Source of the DNA: Dehalococcoidia bacterium
GTDB lineage: Bacteria; Chloroflexota; Dehalococcoidia; Lucifugimonadales; UBA3495
Assembly (NCBI GenBank): GCA_965207275.1
Contig: CBDBMH010000002.1
Coordinates: 985,101-1,049,100, forward strand
Length of the DNA stretch: 64,000 nucleotides
Reading direction: 5' to 3'
Every line of letters starts with the position of its first letter. Within the stretch, counting starts at the first letter, position 1. Below, piece by piece: positions 19,801-27,399 of this stretch. Made by a program: the position numbers and the translations under genes. A model generated the notes under the pieces. The model was not told the origin of the DNA and did no database searches. It worked only from the letters and a program-made list of their open reading frames with translations.

Positions 19801-20478
19801 GAGGCCGAAAGCTGGTATCACCGGGCCCGGGACATGGTTGAAGAGCACCGGGATGAGGAAACGGCCCTTCAGGTCTACCACGAGCTTGGCACGGTTTGCC
19901 ACGCCCAGTACAACTTCGATGAGGCCAAAAGCTGGTACCAGCAAGCTTTGGGCCTGAGCGACCGACTGGGCAACCAGGCTCAGATGGCTACCGAGCTTCA
20001 TTTTCTGGGGCTCCTGGAGCAAGACCGGGGCATCGTCTATGAAGAAGCCGAGGAGTGGTTCCTGGCTGCCCTGGAACGTAAGGAGGAACTGGGCGACCGG
20101 CGGGGATCGGGTGACGAATGCCGCCAGTTGGGCGTTCTGTTCCATGAGCAGAAGCTCTATGACCAGGCGCAAGACTGGTACCACCAGGCGCGGGAAATCT
20201 TTGAGGAACTGGGCGATGTGCAGCGAGTTGCTCGGACTTACGGACAGTTGGGCATGGTCGCTGAGGAGACGGACAACATTACCGGCGCCCTGGAGTGGAC
20301 GGCCCGCACCTATCAGTTGGCATCCGACTATGATTTGCCGGTGATGGTGCAGGTAAAGGCCCACCTGGCCAGGCTGCGGGACAAGTTCGGAGAAGAGAAC
20401 TTCGCCCGATGGTGGCTGGATTTCACCGGTGATGAAGCCCCGGCAGACTTGGATGTGGATACCAGCGGAATACTTTAG
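16804..20478 (+). CDS. STAND NTPase: degenerate CHAT (caspase-like) domain + P-loop NB-ARC-like module + TPR repeats
   Basis: 1224-aa ORF with a TTG start after GGAG. CHAT-like landmarks are SLPWELL, HLLHLDGLL and PLVVLSAGD. Walker A is GNTGVGKT (aa 428-435) and Walker B-like is LLILDGAEN. About 7 repeats of 42 aa in TPR_12 style cover aa 895-1190. Confidence 0.8.
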   Translation: MLKRLEIRDIPESSQLQLSLRTDDGLWAAPPVQFRNPLEAADRSEISWYFQEYPEYPFGAARQRAEAVENGFRNFGRLLFEIVFGSESSRELLDSASQGGWADIQLSVISARADFHSLPWELLNSPETGYLSASVGSIVRQHSDVQPEVFEHTLSSQQLNVLVSTPCGEGEGANYSGGLAPSLVPVMESLDVQVELDFVRPPSLEALAGILEAKPYHYHLLHLDGLLLDSQGNLLLEEENSVLAPVAPAELAGVATRAGIPLVVLSAGDRGARPEAQGRGWEDLGHNLIRSGVPAVVVLPHFMRGTPAAEGFLRRFYQGLSGGSEAGAALAVARTWMMEEPHRPTVAGPQVSWDWITPTIYQRSTYVPPVIEAERPNPLAAPVIQPQPEQEAEGQFPAAGQYGLVGRQPEIARLERLLQTNAVVLMSGNTGVGKTEVSLGLARWLNKTGRGLYPGGIFYTPFEAAHSASLERVIHEIGTAVLGLRFADLNGERQRGWVIEYLREQPSLLILDGAENIDGSLSGAAGLLDEREQEELAKFIEEFTRSGPSRVLLSSRTTHAGWLDMPYGLMTLEGLDRFDRNDLAAVILTKAGVAPDRINEEVSTLLADIQGHPLACQIALPLLKEVPASVIRNELNVGLTQLPASAVEEGRDNFLTALLEYSWSKMSHRSRTHLPFLSLFQRRVMMDILTHITQESAYRGAMGEELGWGACRTLLRSGLSSGFLDPISPSVYQIHPALPSFLGSKLGRQLRADAIGRLEAEFVRVYADTADYFMESLYENQDSGATAVLAEEGNLNQSMGLALEAKQWDNAQLILQPLAQVYRMQRRIPELRRLRGQLLEAIGGDAEAAKEAGAIDLWLYLLGTDVSESVEQGDVIRAQELNQQLSDYLTVQPDAYTDPRVASVYHQFGAIALLYRRLDEAAGWLQRSLDIIEGGEDRSAVADDYFALGQVRQYQRLYTEAKEWYSKALDIHQRLPDEEEMVKDFRALGMVTQLKFEHKEAESWYHRARDMVEEHRDEETALQVYHELGTVCHAQYNFDEAKSWYQQALGLSDRLGNQAQMATELHFLGLLEQDRGIVYEEAEEWFLAALERKEELGDRRGSGDECRQLGVLFHEQKLYDQAQDWYHQAREIFEELGDVQRVARTYGQLGMVAEETDNITGALEWTARTYQLASDYDLPVMVQVKAHLARLRDKFGEENFARWWLDFTGDEAPADLDVDTSGIL

Positions 20479-20589
20479 GACTGGTCCTGGAATGACGGCC
20501 TGACACCGGCGTTGCAGGTTTGCAGGCCAGCATTTCCGGAATCAGGCGTTGCTCATTTATTGTTCCCAAGTCAAAAAAGGAGGCAAAGA

Positions 20590-22602
20590 ATGGCAGTAGG
20601 CAGGATCGAAATTACCTCCCGTCAACCTTTCGCCAACGGCGAGTCTTTCGGCGACGTGGGTCCCTATGAACAATTGGATGGGACGGTCTATTTCACCGTT
20701 GACCCGGTTAATGCTTTCAACGAGACGGTCACCGACCTGAGGCTGGCCCCTCGCAGCAATACAGGAGAGGTCCATTTTTATTCCGACTTTCGCATTCTGA
20801 AGCCCGTGGACCAGGGCCAGGGTAATGGCCGGCTGTTCTTTGACATTCTCAACCGAGGAAGGGGGCCTTGCCTTCGCAACTTCAACAACGCCCCCGATTT
20901 GGCGCCGGACGTTCCCCTGGAGGCAGGTAACGGATTCCTGATGCGCCAGGGCTATACCGTTGCCTGGTGCGGGTGGCAACACGACGCCCCGGACGTGCCT
21001 GGCGTTCTCAGGCTCTACCCCCCGGAAGCGCGAAATGCGGACGGCACCCGGATTACCGGAAAACTGGTGGTCACATTTGTGCCCAACGAACCCATCAACG
21101 AGGTGTTCGTTTCCGACCGGAATCACAGGCCCTATCCCTCCAATAATCTGGAGGACTGGGACTCGTACATGACTGTGCAGGACCACGAAGACGGTCCGGA
21201 AGCGGTGATCCCACGGGAACAATGGCGTTTTGCCCGTTTGAAGGATGGGCAGGTGACGCCTGATGCCAATTATGTCTACAAGGAATCGGGTTTCGAGCCC
21301 GGCAAGGTGTACCAGGTAATCTATTCAACCACGGGCGCTCCCATTGTGGGGGCCGGATTGCTGGCGACCCGAGAATTGGCATCATTCCTTCGTCACGGGA
21401 CCGAGGAAGAGGGGAATCCCTGCGCCAACTCCCTGGAGTTTGCCTATAGCTTCGGCTCTTCCCAAAGCGGTAGATTCCTCCGCGACTTGCTCTACTATGG
21501 CCTCAACTACGATGAAGAGGGACGCAGAGTCTTCGATGGGTTGATTCCCCACGTCGCGGGAGCCAAGCACGGAGAGTTCAACCAGCGGTTTGCCCAGCCT
21601 TCCAGCCAGGCCAGCCGCAGCCCCAACAACCTTTTCCCTTTCAGCGATTTGGAACAGACCGACCCGCTCACGGGCCAGACTGAGGGAGTCCTGACGCGCT
21701 CGGCCGCCCAGGGTCCGCTGCCCAAGATTATGTACACCTATACCTCGTCGGAATATTGGGGCGGCGGCGGTGCGATGGTACATATCGACATTGAGGGATC
21801 CCGCGACCTGGAAGTTCCCGAAGAGGTGCGTGTCTATCACTTTGGCGGCGCCCAGCATCCCCTGGGTACTCCCTACCTTCGAGACAGTGACCCATCCAAT
21901 GGCAGCAAGGGCCAGCAGCCCTTCAACTGCCTGGATTATCGTCCCCTGCTCCGCTCGGCGCTGGTGAACCTGGACCGCTGGGTCACAAATGGCACTCCGG
22001 CGCCGGCCGGCAAGTACCCACGCCTGGACAACGGTACCGCCTCTGATCCGGATACCGTGTCGGAAGCCCTGCGCCAAATACCCGGAGTGAACACTCCGGA
22101 ACCGTACCGTCTCTTTCGACGCATGGACTTCGGGCCTGAAGCCGGAGTTGCCGCCAACGTACCCGCTGTCATCGGCGAGCCCTACCCCCTTCTGGTGCCC
22201 TCGGTGGACGAGGATGGTAACGAGCAGGCGGGAATCCGCCTCCCTTTGACAACGGTTCCCCTCGCAACGCATACCGGTTGGAACCTGCGCCACGCGGACA
22301 TCGGCGGAGAGGGCCAGATCCTGTCCTCGGGCGGCGCCACCGGCGGTACCCTGGCGGGATCCACCATTCCCTTCCCTGCCACCCGTGCCCAGAGGGAAGC
22401 TACAGGAGACCCCAGGCTCTCTATTGAGGAGAGGTATTCTTCCAGGGAAGAATATCTTGCACAGATACGCTCGGCTGCCGTGGAACTGGTCGGCCAGGGT
22501 TACGTCCTGGCCGAAGACGTTGAATTGCTGGTGTCCCAGGCGTCTGACCACTACGTGGAGTTGACCAGCCGAGTTCCTGAAGCCCAGGCTGCGGACAATT
22601 AG
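20590..22602 (+). CDS. uncharacterised 670-aa cytoplasmic protein, possibly alpha/beta-hydrolase fold
   Basis: ORF 20512-22602. The ATG at 20590 follows AAAAGGAGG. It begins MAVGRIEITSRQPF, has no signal peptide, and contains FGSSQSGRFL, a possible nucleophile elbow. The family assignment is from memory only. Confidence 0.4.
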   Translation: MAVGRIEITSRQPFANGESFGDVGPYEQLDGTVYFTVDPVNAFNETVTDLRLAPRSNTGEVHFYSDFRILKPVDQGQGNGRLFFDILNRGRGPCLRNFNNAPDLAPDVPLEAGNGFLMRQGYTVAWCGWQHDAPDVPGVLRLYPPEARNADGTRITGKLVVTFVPNEPINEVFVSDRNHRPYPSNNLEDWDSYMTVQDHEDGPEAVIPREQWRFARLKDGQVTPDANYVYKESGFEPGKVYQVIYSTTGAPIVGAGLLATRELASFLRHGTEEEGNPCANSLEFAYSFGSSQSGRFLRDLLYYGLNYDEEGRRVFDGLIPHVAGAKHGEFNQRFAQPSSQASRSPNNLFPFSDLEQTDPLTGQTEGVLTRSAAQGPLPKIMYTYTSSEYWGGGGAMVHIDIEGSRDLEVPEEVRVYHFGGAQHPLGTPYLRDSDPSNGSKGQQPFNCLDYRPLLRSALVNLDRWVTNGTPAPAGKYPRLDNGTASDPDTVSEALRQIPGVNTPEPYRLFRRMDFGPEAGVAANVPAVIGEPYPLLVPSVDEDGNEQAGIRLPLTTVPLATHTGWNLRHADIGGEGQILSSGGATGGTLAGSTIPFPATRAQREATGDPRLSIEERYSSREEYLAQIRSAAVELVGQGYVLAEDVELLVSQASDHYVELTSRVPEAQAADN

Positions 22603-22639
22603 CTCACCGCCAGCGAAGGTTCAAATCCGGGGGAAATCT

Positions 22640-24001
22640 ATGGACAAAACCACAAGGCTGCTGAGCGAATACTCCTGCAGACTGGACTACGAAGTCTTGG
22701 ATCCGGGCACCATCCACCAGGTTAAGCGCACCTTGATCGATACCCTGGGGTGCGCTATGGGTGGTTACTTGTCGGAACCTGCCAAGATCGCCCGCAACCT
22801 GGCTGGATCAGTCACCGGAACCCCATCGGCCCGAGTGCTGGGAACTTGCAGGGATAGCTCGCTGGATATGGCTGCCTTCGCTAACGGGTGCATGATCCGT
22901 TACCTGGACTGTAACGACTCCTATTTCTCGCCGGGGGGCGGCCACCCCAGCGATATGATTGCGGCGGTGCTGGCCGTGGCCGAAGCCAATGGTTGCGATG
23001 GCCGTCAGGCTATTACGGCCATCGCCCTAGCCTACGAAGTTTTTTGCCGCCTGTCGGACCAGGTCGTCACCGGCGACTATGGCTGGGACCAGGGCATGTT
23101 CAGCATAGTGGGCGCCGCATGTGCGGCGGGCGCCCTGATGGGCCTGGACCAGGAGCGAATGGCCCACGCCATTTCCCTGTCCCTGGCCCCCAACCTGCCA
23201 TTGGGCGTTACGCGGACCGGCGAACTGTCCATGTGGAAAGGCTGCGCCACGGCCAGCGCCACCCGGGCTGGCATCTTTGCCGCCCAACTGGCTTCCCAGG
23301 GCATGTCCGGCCCCGGAGAGCCATTTGAAGGTCGGCGCGGCCTCTGGGAACAAGCCGGGGTTACTGAAGAGGTTACCCTTGAAGAATTCGGGGGCAACGG
23401 CCGTGGATTCTTGATCAATGAAACAACTTTCAAATTCTACCCTTCCCAGATTCACACCCAGGCTCCCATTGGCCTTGCCGTAGACCTTCACGGCAGGGTA
23501 CGGGGCCAGGAGATCGAGTCCATAACCATAGAATCTTATCGTTCGGGAGTTAGCAGTCCCGACACCGAACCGGAAAAATGGGATCCGCAAACCAGGGAAA
23601 CTGCCGACCACAGCATCCCGTTTCTGGTGGCAATGGCGCTGCAGGATGGCGCCGTTACCCCCGCCAGTTTCACCGCCCAAAGGATCGCCGAACCTTCGCT
23701 GCGCACGCTGATGTCAAGAATGACCATGGCGGAAGGGCCCGGCTTCACGGAAAAATATCCGCAGCAATACAACTGCAGGATTGAAGTAACTGCCACCGGA
23801 GGAGACCGCCACGAAGCCAGCACCTCTTATCCCAAGGGCCACAAGCACAATCCCCTGAGCGACCGCGAAGTGGACCAGAAATTCACCAACCTGGCCTCGG
23901 CCGTGCTTTCGGAACAACAGTGCAGCGAGGCTTTGAAATTGCTCTGGCGTATCGAGGACGAGCCGAACCTGACCCGCCTGTTGGAAGTTCTGGTAGTCTA
24001 G
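22640..24001 (+). CDS. MmgE/PrpD family protein (2-methylcitrate dehydratase-like)
   Basis: 453-aa ORF. Its overall pattern (LIDTLGCAMGG, GGHPSD, ADHSIPF) is typical of PrpD/MmgE. Confidence 0.85.
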   Translation: MDKTTRLLSEYSCRLDYEVLDPGTIHQVKRTLIDTLGCAMGGYLSEPAKIARNLAGSVTGTPSARVLGTCRDSSLDMAAFANGCMIRYLDCNDSYFSPGGGHPSDMIAAVLAVAEANGCDGRQAITAIALAYEVFCRLSDQVVTGDYGWDQGMFSIVGAACAAGALMGLDQERMAHAISLSLAPNLPLGVTRTGELSMWKGCATASATRAGIFAAQLASQGMSGPGEPFEGRRGLWEQAGVTEEVTLEEFGGNGRGFLINETTFKFYPSQIHTQAPIGLAVDLHGRVRGQEIESITIESYRSGVSSPDTEPEKWDPQTRETADHSIPFLVAMALQDGAVTPASFTAQRIAEPSLRTLMSRMTMAEGPGFTEKYPQQYNCRIEVTATGGDRHEASTSYPKGHKHNPLSDREVDQKFTNLASAVLSEQQCSEALKLLWRIEDEPNLTRLLEVLVV

Positions 24002-24026
24002 GGGGCCTGTGGAAGATATTCCCGGT

Positions 24027-24854
24027 ATGTCGGCCAACCCTGTCAACGATTTTCGAGCCCTTTTCGCCAGCCAGGTCCGGCTGGCGGGCGAGGAGCCAGA
24101 TTTGCCGCGGGCGGCCCTCTACCTTGCGGGTGAAGACTGCTCTGATCTTGACGTAAACCTTTACCTGGGCCAATTAGGCGATATGGCTGAGGAAGTCAGG
24201 TCGACGGTGGGCGGGACTGCCGAAGCGGAGGGCGTGGCCCGGGCCTTGAATCACTACCTCTTCGAAGTAAAGAGGTTTTCCGGTAACGCTGTCGACTATT
24301 ACAATCCTGAGAACAGCTTCCTCAACCGGGTTATGGATTCGGGCATTGGCATCCCCATAACCCTGTCGGTCTTGTATTTGGGGGTTGCTGCGCGCCTGGG
24401 ACTGGACTGTCACGGAATAGGAATGCCCGGACACTTCCTGGTAAAGCTGAACGACATTGATCTCTACATGGACCCATTTCATGGCGGCCAACTCCTTTCG
24501 GCCGGTGATTGCAGGCGGCTGGCAGAGCAATTGTTTGGCCCCGGTTTGAATTGGGATGAACGTTACCTTTCGCCTACGCCGGCCATCTCCATTCTTGCCA
24601 GAATGCTCAACAACCTGAGGGTAATCTATGCCCATCGCCGGGACCTTGTTCGGCTGACAGGTGTGCTGGAACGAATGCTGCTTATCGACTCGTCTAACGT
24701 AGCGCTGTGCCGGGAATTGGCAATCTGTCACGTCGAGCGGGGCGATATCTCCGCCGCGGTACGATCGCTGGAGGAATTAATCAGCATTTCCACTGTCGAA
24801 GAGGATGTGGAGACCGCCCAGGACTTTCTCCAGAAGATACTTGGTGAAGGATAA
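24027..24854 (+). CDS. transglutaminase-like/TPR protein (SirB1/YchA-like)
   Basis: ORF 24009-24854 with YYNPENSFLNRVMDSGIGIPITLSVLY and GMPGHFLVK, as in SirB1 N-terminal domain proteins. ATG at 24027 or GTG at 24009. Confidence 0.6.
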   Translation: MSANPVNDFRALFASQVRLAGEEPDLPRAALYLAGEDCSDLDVNLYLGQLGDMAEEVRSTVGGTAEAEGVARALNHYLFEVKRFSGNAVDYYNPENSFLNRVMDSGIGIPITLSVLYLGVAARLGLDCHGIGMPGHFLVKLNDIDLYMDPFHGGQLLSAGDCRRLAEQLFGPGLNWDERYLSPTPAISILARMLNNLRVIYAHRRDLVRLTGVLERMLLIDSSNVALCRELAICHVERGDISAAVRSLEELISISTVEEDVETAQDFLQKILGEG

Positions 24855-24947
24855 TACGGCCATCTGTCCGTACTGCAATCCAACTGTTTCTGATTTTCGT
24901 AGTCTTCTACGTATGGCCTGCCGACTCCAGGCTATGGGAGAGTAACG

Positions 24948-25523
24948 GTGACTGACTACCAGGTCCTGGAGGACCAGGAACTGCTAGTTCGAATCGCTGC
25001 AGGAGAGAAAGATGCCCTTGAGGCCATTTACGAGCGGTATTCATCGGCGGTCTACTCCCTCGCCAGGTATATGCTTCGCTCCGAAGCGGTAGCCGAAGAG
25101 GCCACCCAGGATGTGTTCCTGAACATTTGGTTGAAGGCCGCCAGCTACAACTCGTCCCGGGGGCAACCCAAGACGTGGATAATGAGCGTGGCCCACCACA
25201 AAGTCATTGACATTATCAGGTCAAGGCGAAGGGCCGAGGCCATTTCCGACCCCAAGGAATACGAAACACTGGACCTGTTGCCCTCAGAACAGATCGGAAC
25301 TGACGAGGCCGTCGAAAGGAATCTGGAGGCCGAGCGGGTTCGTCGCGCCCTTGATCGGCTGCCGGTCGCTCAGCAAGAAGTGGTGACTCTTGCTTATTTC
25401 AGCGGTTTGTCCCAGTCAGAAATAGCTGCAAGGCTCGGGCAGCCCCTGGGCACGGTAAAGACCAGGGCCAGGTTGGCCTTGCAGAAACTTAGGGAAGAAT
25501 TGCGCCAAGATGACGACGAGTAA
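24948..25523 (+). CDS. ECF-type RNA polymerase sigma factor
   Basis: 191-aa ORF with region 2 (DVFLNIWLKAASY) and region 4 HTH (LSQSEIAARLGQPLGTVKTRARLAL). Confidence 0.85.
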   Translation: MTDYQVLEDQELLVRIAAGEKDALEAIYERYSSAVYSLARYMLRSEAVAEEATQDVFLNIWLKAASYNSSRGQPKTWIMSVAHHKVIDIIRSRRRAEAISDPKEYETLDLLPSEQIGTDEAVERNLEAERVRRALDRLPVAQQEVVTLAYFSGLSQSEIAARLGQPLGTVKTRARLALQKLREELRQDDDE

Positions 25524-26427
25524 TCAGCCAGGGTTTCTTCCTCCGGACCATCCGGAAGAATTGCTGGAAGCCTTCGCCCTGGGTTCTCTGGAAGAAGGGG
25601 AACGGGAGGAGGTAGAGGCGCACCTTTCCGCCTGCCGTCATTGTTCCAGCCTGCTTGCCAGCCTTGAGAATGCCTCGGTTCGGTTGGCGGATGCCATCCC
25701 TCAGGCAACCCCTCCTGCCTACCTGCGAGCCCGGGTAATGGAGGCTGTTGCCGCCTTGCCGCCGGTGTTTGTCCCCCAGGTCAACGAAGTAACCCCGTCC
25801 GTTGTGCCGCCCGATGCGGGATCTCGCTTTACCTTCAGCAGCTTTGCGATGCCGCTGGCCGCCACGCTGGTTGTCGGCCTGCTCACGGCCTCGCTCATAA
25901 TGAACGTCGTCACTACCAGCCGAATTAATTCCCTGGAACAGGAACGACTGGAAACTAATGCCAGGTTGGAAGGGCTGGAAAGAAGTCATGCGTCAGCCAA
26001 CGCGGGCATTGCTCAATTGGCGGTTGAGAACCATCAAACGGATTCCGCGTTGAAGCAGGTTATGGAAACCAGCTACCTGATGGCCAGGCCGTTCACCCAG
26101 CCCTTGTTTTTGCGGCCCACCGATGGCGGCAGCGATTCAGAGGGAGTGCTGCTGGTCACAAACGACGGTAAGAAGGCCATTCTCATGCTGGCAAACATGG
26201 ATCAGCCCCAGGGATACCAGGTCTGGCTGTCGCGTAATGGTCAACACCTTCCGGTAGGCCAGATAACGGTCGATTCGTCCGGTTGGGGAACCATGGCCTT
26301 GAATCCGCCGGAATCCCTGTACGGCTACGACTGGATGAACTTGACCGTCGACGAGCCCAATGCTGAGAGCGGCGCCGGTGGCGAGATGGTCCTGCAGACC
26401 AGAATACTCTCGCCGGGGGCCAGGTAG
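25510..26427 (+). CDS. anti-sigma factor (zf-HC2 N-terminus, one TM segment, RskA-like C-terminal domain)
   Basis: Overlaps the sigma gene by 14 nt. HLSACRHC matches H-x3-C-x2-C. The hydrophobic segment is FAMPLAATLVVGLLTASLIM. Confidence 0.7.
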   Translation: MTTSNQPGFLPPDHPEELLEAFALGSLEEGEREEVEAHLSACRHCSSLLASLENASVRLADAIPQATPPAYLRARVMEAVAALPPVFVPQVNEVTPSVVPPDAGSRFTFSSFAMPLAATLVVGLLTASLIMNVVTTSRINSLEQERLETNARLEGLERSHASANAGIAQLAVENHQTDSALKQVMETSYLMARPFTQPLFLRPTDGGSDSEGVLLVTNDGKKAILMLANMDQPQGYQVWLSRNGQHLPVGQITVDSSGWGTMALNPPESLYGYDWMNLTVDEPNAESGAGGEMVLQTRILSPGAR

Positions 26428-26450
26428 ATCACGACAGGGAAAGTGCGCAA

Positions 26451-26615
26451 ATGAAACCGGCTAACTATTCTCTAATTGTATCTTACCGGAATGACCCGGC
26501 GGCCGTCCGTGCCGACGACCTGACCTGCGAAATCTGCGGCGGCCAAATGATTCAACGCCAGTGCAAAATCAGGTGCCCTAATTGCGGATTCACCCGCGAT
26601 TGTTCCGACCCATGA
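26451..26615 (+). CDS. 54-aa zinc-ribbon protein (CxxC...CxxC), below the ORF-track size cutoff
   Basis: My translation: MKPANYSLIVSYRNDPAAVRADDLTCEICGGQMIQRQCKIRCPNCGFTRDCSDP, ending in TGA at 26613-26615. It starts 24 nt after the anti-sigma stop. Confidence 0.45.
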   Translation: MKPANYSLIVSYRNDPAAVRADDLTCEICGGQMIQRQCKIRCPNCGFTRDCSDP

Positions 26616-26785
26616 TGGAGTCCTCTACATTATCGGCGCCTTAATGGCATGAAGGCGCGTCTTGCCAGCACTTCCGGTTCTGCTATACTTGGCGCATGCT
26701 CCTGGCATAATACTTTGGCAGAGTAGAGTCTCTGTCAGGGTTACGAGTGGGGGAATTCACTACTTTTCGTAAGGGGTGTCGTATT

Positions 26786-27313
26786 ATGGGAATCAATATC
26801 AAGGGAATTGGCCATGTCGGTATCCTGGTTTCCGACTTCGACCGGTCTTTCAAGTTTTATACCGAGGTACTGGGACTGAAGGTAACCAATCACCGCAAAC
26901 GGCCCAACGGCGCTGAGACAGCCTTCCTGCGGTTTGACGAGACCCACCACGACGTTGTTATCGCCAGCGCCCCGGAAGGCGTCGATGTGTCCGAAGCCGT
27001 TCCCGCCGACGCTCGCCTGGTGCAACAGATTGCTTTCGTGGTGGAAGACCGGGACGAGTTCATGCGAGCCCTGGCTCACCTGCACAGTAATGGGGTCAAG
27101 ATCATCAATGGTCCAACTACGCACGGCATTGAGAGCGACAACAACATCTACGGCAGCGGCAGCCGCTCCTTCTACTTCAATGATCCGGATGGCAATCGCC
27201 TTGAGATATTCACTGACGGCATGAAGGTCAGAGACGGTGAGCGCTTCCCCAGCCCCGACTACCTGGAGGCCTTGGAAGACTTCATGCGAACCCAGCGGGG
27301 CGTCGAAGTTTAG
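26786..27313 (+). CDS. VOC (glyoxalase/extradiol dioxygenase) family protein
   Basis: ORF 26747-27313. MGINIKGIGHVGILVSDFDRSFKFYTEVLGL and FYFNDPDGNRLE are VOC hallmarks. Confidence 0.75.
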   Translation: MGINIKGIGHVGILVSDFDRSFKFYTEVLGLKVTNHRKRPNGAETAFLRFDETHHDVVIASAPEGVDVSEAVPADARLVQQIAFVVEDRDEFMRALAHLHSNGVKIINGPTTHGIESDNNIYGSGSRSFYFNDPDGNRLEIFTDGMKVRDGERFPSPDYLEALEDFMRTQRGVEV

Positions 27314-27348
27314 CCTTCAGCCCATCCTACGGTGAATGGCGAAAAGCT

Positions 27349-27382
27349 GCGGGCCCCTCAGTTGAGGGGCCCGCTGTTTTTG
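27349..27382. terminator. bidirectional rho-independent terminator
   Basis: GCGGGCCCCTC (27349-27359), loop AGTT, GAGGGGCCCGC (27364-27374), then TGTTTTTG. It lies between the convergent VOC and thyX genes. Confidence 0.6.
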
Positions 27383-27399
27383 TGGCTGATTGGGAGGCG

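Noticed and set aside
19444-20364. 306-aa minus-strand ORF with periodic sequence.
   Set aside because: It is the antisense shadow of the TPR repeat array of the STAND gene. The periodicity derives from the sense-strand repeats.
22600-22640. GGTTCAAATCC, a T-loop-like string suggesting a tRNA.
   Set aside because: The flanking bases cannot form a T-stem (GAAGG vs CCGGG), and no acceptor or anticodon arms are present. The string is simply the spacer/RBS region before the PrpD gene.
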